The notes under the pieces are model-generated. The model was not told where the DNA came from. It ran no database searches and saw only the letters and a program-made list of their open reading frames with translations. From the NCBI GenBank assembly GCA_023251595.1, contig JAHEYM010000005.1:1-33504 (forward strand): 33,504 nt of DNA, in the 5' to 3' direction. The position numbers and the translations under genes were made by a program. The DNA comes from Bacteroidota bacterium. GTDB lineage: Bacteria > Bacteroidota > Bacteroidia > AKYH767-A > JABDAW01. Positions 1 to 9,013 of the stretch are shown here, in pieces (positions within the stretch are counted from its first letter, which is position 1; the number at the start of each line of letters is the position of its first letter).

Positions 1-80
1 CTGGTTGTTAATTGACTTCATAGCTGACCTAACACTGCTGACAAACGAAGACAGCTTTGAACGAACAAAATACATAATAA

Positions 81-135
81 CAACGAATAGTTGTCCGAAT
101 ACAACTGAAAGTAGCGTAAAAGCAACTAACAGTAG
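81..135. promoter_or_regulatory. Three CAAC-N5-GT(T/A)G operator-like sites with 21-bp periodicity
   Basis: CAACGAATAGTTG (81-93), CAACTGAAAGTAG (102-114) and CAACTAACAGTAG (123-135), upstream of the promoter of an HTH gene. Confidence 0.6.
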
Positions 136-169
136 CAATCTTTATTCGCATCACAACAATGAGACGCAA

Positions 170-177
170 TATCTTTG
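170..177 (+). promoter_or_regulatory. Bacteroidota -7 promoter element
   Basis: TATCTTTG matches TAnnTTTG, 24 nt before the ATG at 201. Confidence 0.6.
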
Positions 178-200
178 TAGCATCACAAAAACAAAATAAA

Positions 201-1109
201 ATGATGCTAAATTCAAAATCAATCGGCAATAAAATTGCCACAGCAAGAAAGAAAATTAATCTTTCACAAGCCGGACTTGCGCAGCAAGTTTCAATCAGCC
301 CTCAAGCGGTAGGTAAATGGGAACGTGGAGAATCAATACCGGATATTTCCACATTAAACCGACTTGCAGAAATTCTTAAAGTTGACCTTAACTACTTTTC
401 CGACAGCTTTCAGGTAAATGAAATCGAAACGACAAATTATGAGACTTTTAACAAACAAGCGGTAGAGGTCCCAATTCAAAAATCCGGAAAGAACTTTGAC
501 TGGAATTGGGATATGTCTCAGGGAAACTGGGTTGACGCTGACTTTTCAGGTTTAAAAAACCTGAAGGAGAAATTCAGTTCTTCAAATATGAAAAACTGTA
601 AGTTCATGAACTCGGATTTATCAGGACTGATTCTTGGAAAAAACAATATGGAATTCTGCGATTTTTCGGGTTCGGACATCAGGGACAGTAAAATCCAATC
701 CTCAAATCTCTTAAATAATCAGTTCAATAAATGCTCCTTTATTGATGCCGAACTTTTTAAAAGTAATATCGAAAAATGCGACTTCTCTGAAGCGGACTTT
801 TCCGGTACGGCAATTCTGGAATCAAATTTTGAGAGTAATGCTGTAAATGATGTAGTTTGGAAATTCACCAAATTTCTAAAAGCAAATATTAGTAACATTA
901 TTTTCACAGGAACTTTTGAGGATTGTCATTTTGAACACTGTTCTTTTTATGGGGTAAAATTTGAAAATGCAACCATTTTAAACACCTTTTTCAAGTATAA
1001 CGAAAGGTTTAAAAAAGTTCAATTTGTAAATTGTAAAGTGGATAGTATAACTTATGCGTTTTTGAAAAATAATCAAGCGAACCTGACAGGTATTACAATA
1101 ATATCATAA
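201..1109 (+). CDS. XRE-family helix-turn-helix fused to a pentapeptide-repeat domain
   Basis: N-terminal IATARKKINLSQAGLAQQVSISPQAVGKWERGESIPD is an HTH_3 motif. C-terminal 5-residue repeats include ADFSG, CKFMN, SDLSG and CDFSE. ATG 201 is preferred over 159 because of the promoter at 170-177. Confidence 0.9.
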   Translation: MMLNSKSIGNKIATARKKINLSQAGLAQQVSISPQAVGKWERGESIPDISTLNRLAEILKVDLNYFSDSFQVNEIETTNYETFNKQAVEVPIQKSGKNFDWNWDMSQGNWVDADFSGLKNLKEKFSSSNMKNCKFMNSDLSGLILGKNNMEFCDFSGSDIRDSKIQSSNLLNNQFNKCSFIDAELFKSNIEKCDFSEADFSGTAILESNFESNAVNDVVWKFTKFLKANISNIIFTGTFEDCHFEHCSFYGVKFENATILNTFFKYNERFKKVQFVNCKVDSITYAFLKNNQANLTGITIIS

Positions 1110-1212
1110 CAACGGCAGCAAAACAAAATGAAAACACAGCAACTAACAACTAAGTATCAAATATTGCGTAACGATTTGAAATCATAAGAATAGCACTTAT
1201 CATTTTCAGGAG

Positions 1213-1244
1213 TTTGGTAAGTGAAAAGTTATTTTGTATTTTTG
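1213..1244 (+). promoter_or_regulatory. Bacteroidota -33/-7 promoter
   Basis: TTTG (1213-1216), 20-nt spacer, TATTTTTG (1237-1244). Confidence 0.65.
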
Positions 1245-1329
1245 ATATGTTCTGATACCTTGTCAATAGCTGCATGCTGCTCATGTAGGGCGAACACGAA
1301 ATTGGTCAGCATTTATTATTCAAAACGAT

Positions 1330-2175
1330 ATGGAACAACAACTTGAACAAATTCGCGAACAGCAAAAAGAAACATGGAATAAATTTTCTGCCGGCTGGAA
1401 AAAATGGGATGACATTACTATGGATTGGTTAAAACCGATGGGGGATGAAATCATTCGTTTACTTCATCCGAAAAATAATGACATAGTTTTGGATGTGGCT
1501 GCAGGCACCGGAGAACCCGGATTGACCATTGCTTCTATGCTGAATGGCGGGAAAGTAATTATAACTGACCTTGCAGAAGACATGCTTGCAATTGCCAGAG
1601 AGAATGCATCACAAAGAGGAATTAAAAATATTGAGACACTTGCCTGTGATGTTTGCAAGCTTCCATTCGCCGACAATACTTTTGATGCAATAAGTTGTCG
1701 TTTTGGTTTTATGTTTTTTCCCGACATGCTTTTAGCAGCTAAAGAAATGGTTCGTGTTCTGAAACCAGGAGGAAGAATTGCCACATCAGTTTGGAATGTT
1801 CCTGAAAAAAATTTCTGGGTTACAGTTACTTTGGGAGCAATTAACAGAAATCTGGAATTGCCAGCTCCACCACAAGGCTCACCGGGAATATTTCGCTGTG
1901 CAAAAGATGGTTTCATTTCCGACTTATTTTTACAGGCAGGTTTGAAAAATATATCTCAAGTAGAAATTGCAGGAAAACTGAATAGTAAAACAGTCGATGT
2001 CTATTGGAACATGATAACAGAAGTGGCTGCTCCTGTCGTTGCGGGACTTAGCAAAGCTGATGATGCTATGAAGGCAAAAATAAAAGAAGAAGTTTATCAG
2101 GCATTAAATCAAAAATATCCTGATGGAAATATTTTCGTTGACTCAAGTGCTCTTGTAATTTATGGTGAGAAATAA
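1330..2175 (+). CDS. Class I SAM-dependent methyltransferase (UbiE-like)
   Basis: Motif I VLDVAAGTGEP, plus LPFADNTFDAI and VRVLKPGGRI. Confidence 0.9.
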   Translation: MEQQLEQIREQQKETWNKFSAGWKKWDDITMDWLKPMGDEIIRLLHPKNNDIVLDVAAGTGEPGLTIASMLNGGKVIITDLAEDMLAIARENASQRGIKNIETLACDVCKLPFADNTFDAISCRFGFMFFPDMLLAAKEMVRVLKPGGRIATSVWNVPEKNFWVTVTLGAINRNLELPAPPQGSPGIFRCAKDGFISDLFLQAGLKNISQVEIAGKLNSKTVDVYWNMITEVAAPVVAGLSKADDAMKAKIKEEVYQALNQKYPDGNIFVDSSALVIYGEK

Positions 2176-2352
2176 ATTACCGCGTCGCTTCATCGGCTAG
2201 TAGCACGAACGCATAATCCTATATTTATGCTAATAACCACACTAAATAAAGCTCTGGATCATTCACCACCATTCTTTCGCTACGATTGGGCGACAGTACT
2301 AACTTGAAACTGATTCCAAGAAATTAACTTCGATGAAAAATAAATAAAAATT

Positions 2353-2973
2353 ATGAGCAAAATTATCTTTGATAGCGGAATATCACTTGATGGCTTTTTC
2401 GCAGGCGATAACAGAAGTCCGGGCAACCCAATGGGTGGTGTTTCCGGAAAAATACACCAATGGATGTTTAAACAAAAAGCATTTTGGAAACACATCAAAA
2501 TGGAAGGAGGTGAGGAATACGGTGCAGACAGCAAATTAATTGATGATGTGTTTGCAAGATCAGGTTCTTACATCATGGGGAAACGAATGTTTGAAGAAGG
2601 CGAAGTAAGTTGGCCGGAAGATTTATACAAAGCGGATGTTTATGTTCTGACACACGAAAAACGTGAGCCCTGGGTTCAAAAGGGGACAACAACTTTTTAT
2701 TTCATCAATGACGGAATCCAAAGTGCATTAGAAAAAGCAAAACAATCAGCCGATGGAAAGGACATAAGAATACAAGGTGGTGCCGATACTATTCAACAAT
2801 TTCTCAATGCAGGGCTTGTGGACGAATTTTTCATTCACATTGCCCCGGTTTTTTTAGGAAGTGGTCTCCGGCTGTTCGACGGCATTGACAAAGACAAATA
2901 TGATATTCATATTGCAGAAGTAATACCATCAAATTTAACAACACATTTGAGATACAAATTGACGAAAAAATGA
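2353..2973 (+). CDS. Dihydrofolate reductase family (RibD C-terminal-like) protein
   Basis: ISLDGFFAG, IMGKRMF, IQGGADTIQQFLNAGLVDEFFIHIAPVFLGSGLRLF. Confidence 0.9.
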   Translation: MSKIIFDSGISLDGFFAGDNRSPGNPMGGVSGKIHQWMFKQKAFWKHIKMEGGEEYGADSKLIDDVFARSGSYIMGKRMFEEGEVSWPEDLYKADVYVLTHEKREPWVQKGTTTFYFINDGIQSALEKAKQSADGKDIRIQGGADTIQQFLNAGLVDEFFIHIAPVFLGSGLRLFDGIDKDKYDIHIAEVIPSNLTTHLRYKLTKK

Positions 2974-3032
2974 ACTTTACTATTTCAAACTTAAAATAAA
3001 TAAAGTGGCAAATACAATAACCGACATTTTAT

Positions 3033-3282
3033 ATGAGCGTAGAAGAACAAATCAAAAAATATATTGCCAGCCAACCTGAACCAAAAATTAGTGACATTCA
3101 AGCGTTGCACAACATCATTCTGAAATTAATACCCTCATGTAAATTATGGTTCCTGGATGGTAAAAACAATGAAAAAACTCGGAAAGGCAAGCGTGAGTGG
3201 TTATTGCATTAAGTTCAAAACGCTGAAAGATATAAATATTGATATACTTGAAGCGGAGATAAGATATGGAGTTGAAAAATAA
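3033..3282 (+). pseudogene. DUF1801-like gene with internal deletion and frameshift
   Basis: ATG 3033 reads MSVEEQIKKYIASQPEPK...CKLWFLDGKNNE. After the A-run near 3172 another frame reads KLGKASVSGYCIKFKTLKDINIDILEAEIRYGVEK*. The middle I recall for this family is absent. Confidence 0.7.
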
Positions 3283-3309
3283 TTTAAACATTTAAACCAA
3301 AAAGACAAT

Positions 3310-3682
3310 ATGAATAAATTTATAATAATAATTCCGCTCGTAACGCTTTTTGCAAGCTGTGATTCGACATCAAAAAAAAACAGCAAAGATGGAAGACAAA
3401 AAGAATCAAGCAGATAGCTCAACTATACCTGCCGATACAACACCAAAAGTGGCTGGGATTGGTGGGATCTTTTTTTATTCAGATAAACCGAAGGAAACGA
3501 GAGAATGGCACACAAAAAATTTAGGGATTGAAATGGTGGAAGGTCTTGTAAAAAAACTAAAAGAAAACGGAGCAACTATTATAGACAGCATTGCAAGTTA
3601 CGACTATGGAAAATTTATACATATTATGGATGCCGAAGGGAAGAAGATCGAACTTTGGGAGCCTAAAGACAAAATTAAATAG
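3310..3682 (+). pseudogene. VOC/glyoxalase-family gene, internally deleted, with an out-of-frame lipoprotein leader
   Basis: KVAGIGGIFFYSDKPKETREW...NLGIE is joined directly to VEGLVKKLKENG...YGKFIHIMDAEGKKIELWEP. The leader MNKFIIIIPLVTLFASC (ATG 3310) is in another frame across an A9 run (3372-3380). An internal ATG lies at 3389. Confidence 0.65.
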
Positions 3683-3738
3683 CAAACTACAGGACATAGT
3701 CGGATACAGCAGAAACGCAATTGCAATCCTAAAGACCC

Positions 3739-5124
3739 GTGAAATTGATAAATAAATTCTGCCTTTTACTTTACTTGTTTTTTGCATATAATGCTTCAGC
3801 GCAAAGCAGAATTGATGGCACTTATAATACTCAAACGAAGACTTTTGAAACGGAAGACAAAACGATAAGGATCAAAAATTTCAGAGATGCTTTTGCACCC
3901 TATGAGAAAAACAATAAATATGGAGTTATTGATACGAGCGGTAATATTATTTGCGAACCAAAATATGAGGAAGTAGGCCCTTTTTTAGATGAGGTGGCTC
4001 GTGTGATGATATTGGATGAATGGAAACCGTTGTATGGTTTTATTGACACAAAAGGGAAAGAAATAGTTCCGACAAAATTTGAAGATGCAGATGATTTTTA
4101 TTACAGAAGTTTCCGTTTTTCTGACTTATTAGTTGTTGGAAATGCAAATAAATATGCATGTTATGATAAAACAGGAAAGCTTGTATTGCCGATGGAATAT
4201 AGTAATATTGGTAATTACAGTAACAAATTAGCTACGGTACTCAGAGATGGTAAATGGGGGTATATTAATAAAAAAGGCGAAATTACGATTCCTTTGATGT
4301 ACGACTTTGCAAAAGATTTTGCAGGCAATTCTGCCGGTGTAAAAAAAGCAGATAAATGGGGCGTTATCGATACGCTCGGCAATGAAATAATACCCATTCG
4401 ATACGAAACAGATATTATTTATACGGGGGGAATGGGATTAACCAGATTGGGAGGTAAGTATGGGTTTATTGATAAAACAGGCAAAATTATTTTACCGTTT
4501 ATATATGATGGTATCGGATTTTTTAAAGAGGACTTAGCCCGTGTTACGTTGAATGGAAAGCAAGGATATATTAATGTTCGGGGAGAAATAATTATTCCAT
4601 GTGAATTCGATTGGGCAGGAAATTTCACCAACGGTTTAGTGAGTGTAAAAAAAGGAACTTTATGGGGACACATTAATAAGCACGGAAACATAATTACTCC
4701 CTTTGAATACGAAAGTACGGGCGATTTTTATAACGGATACTCAAGCGTGAAAAAAAATGGTAAGTTCGGAAAAGTAGATTCAACAGGGAGATTAATCGTA
4801 CCATGCGACTACGATGGCATAGAAGGCTACTATATTGAAGGATTTATGATCGTATCGAAAAAAGGTGACATCGGTCGTAAAAAAGGATTTATTAACAGAT
4901 TGGGTAAAGAGGTAGTGCCTTGTGTGTACGATGATGCAAAAAGTTTTTCTGACGGATTGGCTGCAGTAAAAAAGGGAATTGCATGGGGCTTCGTAAATAA
5001 CGAGGGAAAAGAAGTTATTCCATGTATATATAACGAAGTTGGGAAATTTATAAATGGAAAAACCAATGTTCGTTTAAAAAATGAAAGTTTTGAGCTAGAT
5101 AAGGAAGGAAATATATTAAAGTAA
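3739..5124 (+). CDS. Secreted WG-repeat protein
   Basis: Signal peptide followed by many (K/Y)WG(Y/F)I(D/N)xxG-x-I(I)P repeats. Confidence 0.9.
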   Translation: MKLINKFCLLLYLFFAYNASAQSRIDGTYNTQTKTFETEDKTIRIKNFRDAFAPYEKNNKYGVIDTSGNIICEPKYEEVGPFLDEVARVMILDEWKPLYGFIDTKGKEIVPTKFEDADDFYYRSFRFSDLLVVGNANKYACYDKTGKLVLPMEYSNIGNYSNKLATVLRDGKWGYINKKGEITIPLMYDFAKDFAGNSAGVKKADKWGVIDTLGNEIIPIRYETDIIYTGGMGLTRLGGKYGFIDKTGKIILPFIYDGIGFFKEDLARVTLNGKQGYINVRGEIIIPCEFDWAGNFTNGLVSVKKGTLWGHINKHGNIITPFEYESTGDFYNGYSSVKKNGKFGKVDSTGRLIVPCDYDGIEGYYIEGFMIVSKKGDIGRKKGFINRLGKEVVPCVYDDAKSFSDGLAAVKKGIAWGFVNNEGKEVIPCIYNEVGKFINGKTNVRLKNESFELDKEGNILK

Positions 5125-5195
5125 TATCTGCAAATAGTTAAACATATAAACACTTTAGAATTTATTATATTTGCCTTCGTTAATCGACAAAAACC

Positions 5196-6860
5196 ATGAA
5201 AAAAATACGCACAACAATTGTACTTGCTTTACTCAGTATAACCGCTTTCGCACAGGTTCCTGCCTGGCAGTGGGCAAATAGCGCAGGAGGAAATGTCAGT
5301 GATGAATCTGTATCAATAGCAAAAGACGCATCCGGCAACGTATTTATATGTGGTAAATTTTATAGCCCCTCTATTACCTTTGGTACTTTCACATTAACCA
5401 ATTTAGATAATTCAGGAACTACAGCTGATGTTTTTCTTGTAAAATACAATTCGGCAGGTAGTGTACTTTGGGCAAAAAGCGCCGGAGGAACACAGGATGA
5501 TATAGCCAATTCGGTTGCGACTGATACTTCCGGCAATGTGTTTATTTCCGGCTATTTTCAAAGTTCATCCATTGTGTTTGGTATTACTACACTAACAAAT
5601 GCAAGCACTACATTCGACCTCTTTCTTGTAAAATATGATGGTTCGGGTACTGTGCTTTGGGCAAAAAGAGAAGGTGGTACCGGCAATGAAGTTGTAAATT
5701 CTGTAGCGACTGATGCAACAGGCAATGCTTATATAACAGGATATTTTAGTAGTTTATTATTTTCGATTGGCACTACTACATTGAGCAATAGTGGGAGTGA
5801 AGATGTGTTTGTCGCAAAATATGATGTTTCGGGAATTGCGATTTGGGCAAAGAGTGCTTCCGGATTTAGTTTGGATATGGCGAATTCAGTAACTATAGAT
5901 GTTTCGGGCAATGTTTACATTAGCGGATATTTTATGAGTGCTACGTTGACTTTTGGTACCACTACACTGACTAATGGCGGAAATAATACGACTGATATTT
6001 TTACAGCCAAATACAGTTCAGGAGGTACATTTGCATGGGCAAAAAGAGCAGGAGGCACCTTCAATGATATTGCTTATTCAGTTGTTACAGATGTTTCAGG
6101 AAATGTATTTATCGCAGGATATTTCCAAAGTAATTCACTTGTTTTTGGATCAGCCACCTTAACCAATGCCGGTGGCTCAGACATACTGCTTCTGAAATAT
6201 TCAAGCTCGGGAACACCTCTCACTGCAATTGGTCAGGGAGGAACGGGTTATGAAGGTGCTAACTCTGTTTCACTTGATGCTTCCGGTAATATTTATTTAG
6301 CGGGATATCATAGTGCAAATTTCGTTGTAGGTTCTACTACCCTAACCGGTGCAGGGGGTAATGATGGGTTTCTGATTAAATATGATGCTGCTATACTGCC
6401 GCTCTGGGCTACTTCAGTGGGTTATGATCTGAATGACTTCGCCACTGCTGTTACCGTAGATGCTTCGGGCGATATATATCTTACGGGATATTTCCAAAGT
6501 TATCATATTTATTTTGATGCCTTTCTTTTACCGAATACGGCAACAAGCGGAGGTAGTAGTGATCTTTTTCTTAGCAAAATGAACAGTCCTTCAGTGAAGA
6601 TATCCGAAATAAATAAACAGCAATCCGTGTTTGTAATATACCCCAACCCCTTTACTTTTCAAACCACCATTTATTTTACCGCAGAACAAAACAACACAAC
6701 AATAAAAATAACCGACCCCCTAGGTAAAGAAATAAAAATAATTAACTTCAGTGGAAGACAATTAACAATTGAGAAAGGAGAAATGGATGCAGGTATCTAC
6801 TTCTTGCAAACAACAGACGAAAAAAAGAACATTGCAAGTAAGAAAATAATAATACAATAA
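5196..6860 (+). CDS. Beta-propeller (SBBP-like) repeat protein with T9SS type A sorting domain
   Basis: Repeats of SVATDxSGNVYIxGYF...D(V/I)FLVKYDxxGxxLWAK and a C-terminal IYPNPF...GIYFL...KKIIIQ. Promoter-like TATATTTG at 5166-5173. Confidence 0.9.
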   Translation: MKKIRTTIVLALLSITAFAQVPAWQWANSAGGNVSDESVSIAKDASGNVFICGKFYSPSITFGTFTLTNLDNSGTTADVFLVKYNSAGSVLWAKSAGGTQDDIANSVATDTSGNVFISGYFQSSSIVFGITTLTNASTTFDLFLVKYDGSGTVLWAKREGGTGNEVVNSVATDATGNAYITGYFSSLLFSIGTTTLSNSGSEDVFVAKYDVSGIAIWAKSASGFSLDMANSVTIDVSGNVYISGYFMSATLTFGTTTLTNGGNNTTDIFTAKYSSGGTFAWAKRAGGTFNDIAYSVVTDVSGNVFIAGYFQSNSLVFGSATLTNAGGSDILLLKYSSSGTPLTAIGQGGTGYEGANSVSLDASGNIYLAGYHSANFVVGSTTLTGAGGNDGFLIKYDAAILPLWATSVGYDLNDFATAVTVDASGDIYLTGYFQSYHIYFDAFLLPNTATSGGSSDLFLSKMNSPSVKISEINKQQSVFVIYPNPFTFQTTIYFTAEQNNTTIKITDPLGKEIKIINFSGRQLTIEKGEMDAGIYFLQTTDEKKNIASKKIIIQ

Positions 6861-6868
6861 ACCAATCG

Positions 6869-8275
6869 ATGATGAAAAAAATACTATCTACAATTATTAT
6901 GATAATTAGTATCTCTTTCTCAACAAAAGCATTTACTAATGTGAGCGGAGGGATTTATGCAGACATTACATGGACGTTGGCAAACAGTCCCTACATCGTA
7001 GTCGATAATGTGGTAGTGTTTCCGGGAATTACACTGACGATTGAGCCTGGCGTGTTAGTGAAGTTTGAGGATACGAAATATCTTGAAATCAGACAAGGAA
7101 CATTAATTGCCAATGGTACAGTAGTGGATACTATAACCTTTACCAGTAATTCACTAACTCCAACTCCGGGTATTTGGGGATCAACTACTAATGGTGGAAT
7201 ATGGTTAAACAACGCTGTTGCATCAACCTCCTTTAATTTTATTACAATAATCTATGCAACAATCGGTATATATAATGCGGGAAATATTCATATAAAAAAT
7301 TCACTCTTTAACAATAATCTTTCAGGATTGAGCTCAATTTATGGCACACAAATCGATTCATGTATTTTCAGGTTGAATTCTGCAGGCATTGGAAATAGTA
7401 ATGGCGTTATATATAATTTCTGCACGATATCAAATAATACGAATGGTATAGCTACATTAACAGGTGGCAGTCTGTTGAATTGTATTATTGATTCCAATCA
7501 AACTGGATTAGGTAATTCGGACGGTCCGAAAATTCACCATTGTACGATAAGTTATAATCAAACAGGCATGGCATGTGATCCCTGTTGCGGCGGAGCAATG
7601 ATTGTTCAAAATTGTGTCGTCGATTCTAACAGTACGGTGGGATTATCTATCAACGGGAACGGACTGGCTGATTCGGTGATGGACAATGAAATTAAATTTA
7701 ATGGAATTGGTCTTGTATCTGCAACCTGTCCGGGGAATGGGGGTCACAGTCAGTTTACACGAAATATTATTGAGAACAATACGATAGGAATTCAGGTTGG
7801 AGGCTGCAGCGATATTTATTGCAATAGTTTTTGCAATAACACTTCGTATGATTTACAAAACCGATTGAGTACAACTATTAGTGTTCCAAATAATTATTGG
7901 TGCACAACCGATTCAGCAGCGATCGAACTGCTTATATATGATGGACATGATAATTCAAGTTACGGACTCGTTAATTTTATGCCCCTTGATATTACTCAAT
8001 GTTATTTGACCACGGGAATTCTGACTGATAAAACTCAATCACTTTCATTTAACATTTTTCCAAACCCTGCTTCTAATGAGGTAACGGTTGAATTGCCTTC
8101 AAATAATTTTAGGGGGGGAGTTAAAATATTTAATGTATTCGGTGAATTGACTTATTCTTCAATACTTACAAAACAAAAAATTAATGTTGATATTTCAAGT
8201 TGGAGGAAGGGAGCATATATTATTCAGATTTCAAACGGAGAAATAATCAGCAGGAGGAAATTAATCATACTATAG
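6869..8275 (+). CDS. Right-handed beta-helix protein with T9SS type A sorting domain
   Basis: WTLANSPYIV...LTIEPGVLVKF, NxxGI parallel beta-helix repeats, C-terminal IFPNPAS...GAYIIQI...RKLIIL. Confidence 0.85.
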   Translation: MMKKILSTIIMIISISFSTKAFTNVSGGIYADITWTLANSPYIVVDNVVVFPGITLTIEPGVLVKFEDTKYLEIRQGTLIANGTVVDTITFTSNSLTPTPGIWGSTTNGGIWLNNAVASTSFNFITIIYATIGIYNAGNIHIKNSLFNNNLSGLSSIYGTQIDSCIFRLNSAGIGNSNGVIYNFCTISNNTNGIATLTGGSLLNCIIDSNQTGLGNSDGPKIHHCTISYNQTGMACDPCCGGAMIVQNCVVDSNSTVGLSINGNGLADSVMDNEIKFNGIGLVSATCPGNGGHSQFTRNIIENNTIGIQVGGCSDIYCNSFCNNTSYDLQNRLSTTISVPNNYWCTTDSAAIELLIYDGHDNSSYGLVNFMPLDITQCYLTTGILTDKTQSLSFNIFPNPASNEVTVELPSNNFRGGVKIFNVFGELTYSSILTKQKINVDISSWRKGAYIIQISNGEIISRRKLIIL

Positions 8276-8354
8276 ATTTTCGTGAATACAAAAATAAATG
8301 TATATGGTAGATAAGGGACTTAATTATTTTTGCAAACAATTGGTTAGATAAATT

Positions 8355-8831
8355 ATGGGATTTAATTTTGCAGGCATTTTCACGAATACATCCGACATCG
8401 CAGTGATCGAAGCTGTTAAACAGCGTTGGCCTTTCTGTACAATTTATCGGATTGAAACACCCTTTCAGGGAATCTCTATCTTCAGGGATTGGGAAATGAT
8501 TTCCGGAACTTTTGAACAATCCTTTAATGAAAGGAGCAAACTCGAAAATGAACTGCCTGAATTTAGTTCTCAATTTCCAAATATTACGTTTATCCATTTA
8601 CGTACGGATTGTCACGGCGGTGATTGTACGTATGATGGTTTTGCCTGCAGAGAAGGGAATATTCTGATTGACAACAGAGGTGTGGGACCCGATAAAATTA
8701 TCCATCATATAGAAATCCAAAAACTCAGAGAGGTTGCTGAAGCATTAGATATATATATAGGTGGTCTCGGAACTTTTGAACCTTTTGAACGGGGCTTTTT
8801 CGACAATAAAGAAAATATTATTTACCCATAA
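8355..8831 (+). CDS. Hypothetical protein
   Basis: 158-aa ORF with an A-rich start context and no recognised motif. Confidence 0.7.
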   Translation: MGFNFAGIFTNTSDIAVIEAVKQRWPFCTIYRIETPFQGISIFRDWEMISGTFEQSFNERSKLENELPEFSSQFPNITFIHLRTDCHGGDCTYDGFACREGNILIDNRGVGPDKIIHHIEIQKLREVAEALDIYIGGLGTFEPFERGFFDNKENIIYP

Positions 8832-8878
8832 ACGGAATTAATTGAGACCTACCGGGGCTTTTTTAACGTATGCTAAAA

Positions 8879-8910
8879 AAACAAATGCCCCCCTAAGAGA
8901 GCATTTGTTT
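8879..8910. terminator. Probable bidirectional intrinsic terminator
   Basis: AAACAAATGC-N12-GCATTTGTTT hairpin between convergent genes. Confidence 0.6.
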
Positions 8911-8945
8911 CAGTAATAAATCTTAAACAAACTCACGACTCTATT

Positions 8946-9005
8946 CCTTTCTCCCCCTCCCTTTTTGGGGAGGGGTTAGGGGTGGGCGGGAGGGGCAGGG
9001 GTGTG
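8946..9005 (-). repeat. C/G-rich intergenic palindromic repeat, copy 1
   Basis: Reverse complement CACCCCTGCCCCTCC...CCTCCCCAAAAAGGGAGGGGGAGAAAGGA resembles 16711-16766. Confidence 0.75.
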
Positions 9006-9013
9006 CGGAGGAG

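Noticed and set aside
1250-1312. Hammerhead or HDV-like ribozyme in the methyltransferase leader
   Set aside because: CTGATAC does not match the CUGANGA core. Despite GGCGAA after a hairpin, the nested pseudoknot of HDV-like ribozymes could not be built.
1105-2300. Integron attC-like sites between co-oriented small genes (e.g. AGCAACTAAC at 1138, AGCACGAACGCATAA at 2202)
   Set aside because: Only fragments resembling left ends are present. I found no matching GTTRRRY right ends, palindromic bodies or integrase, so at most these are degenerate remnants.
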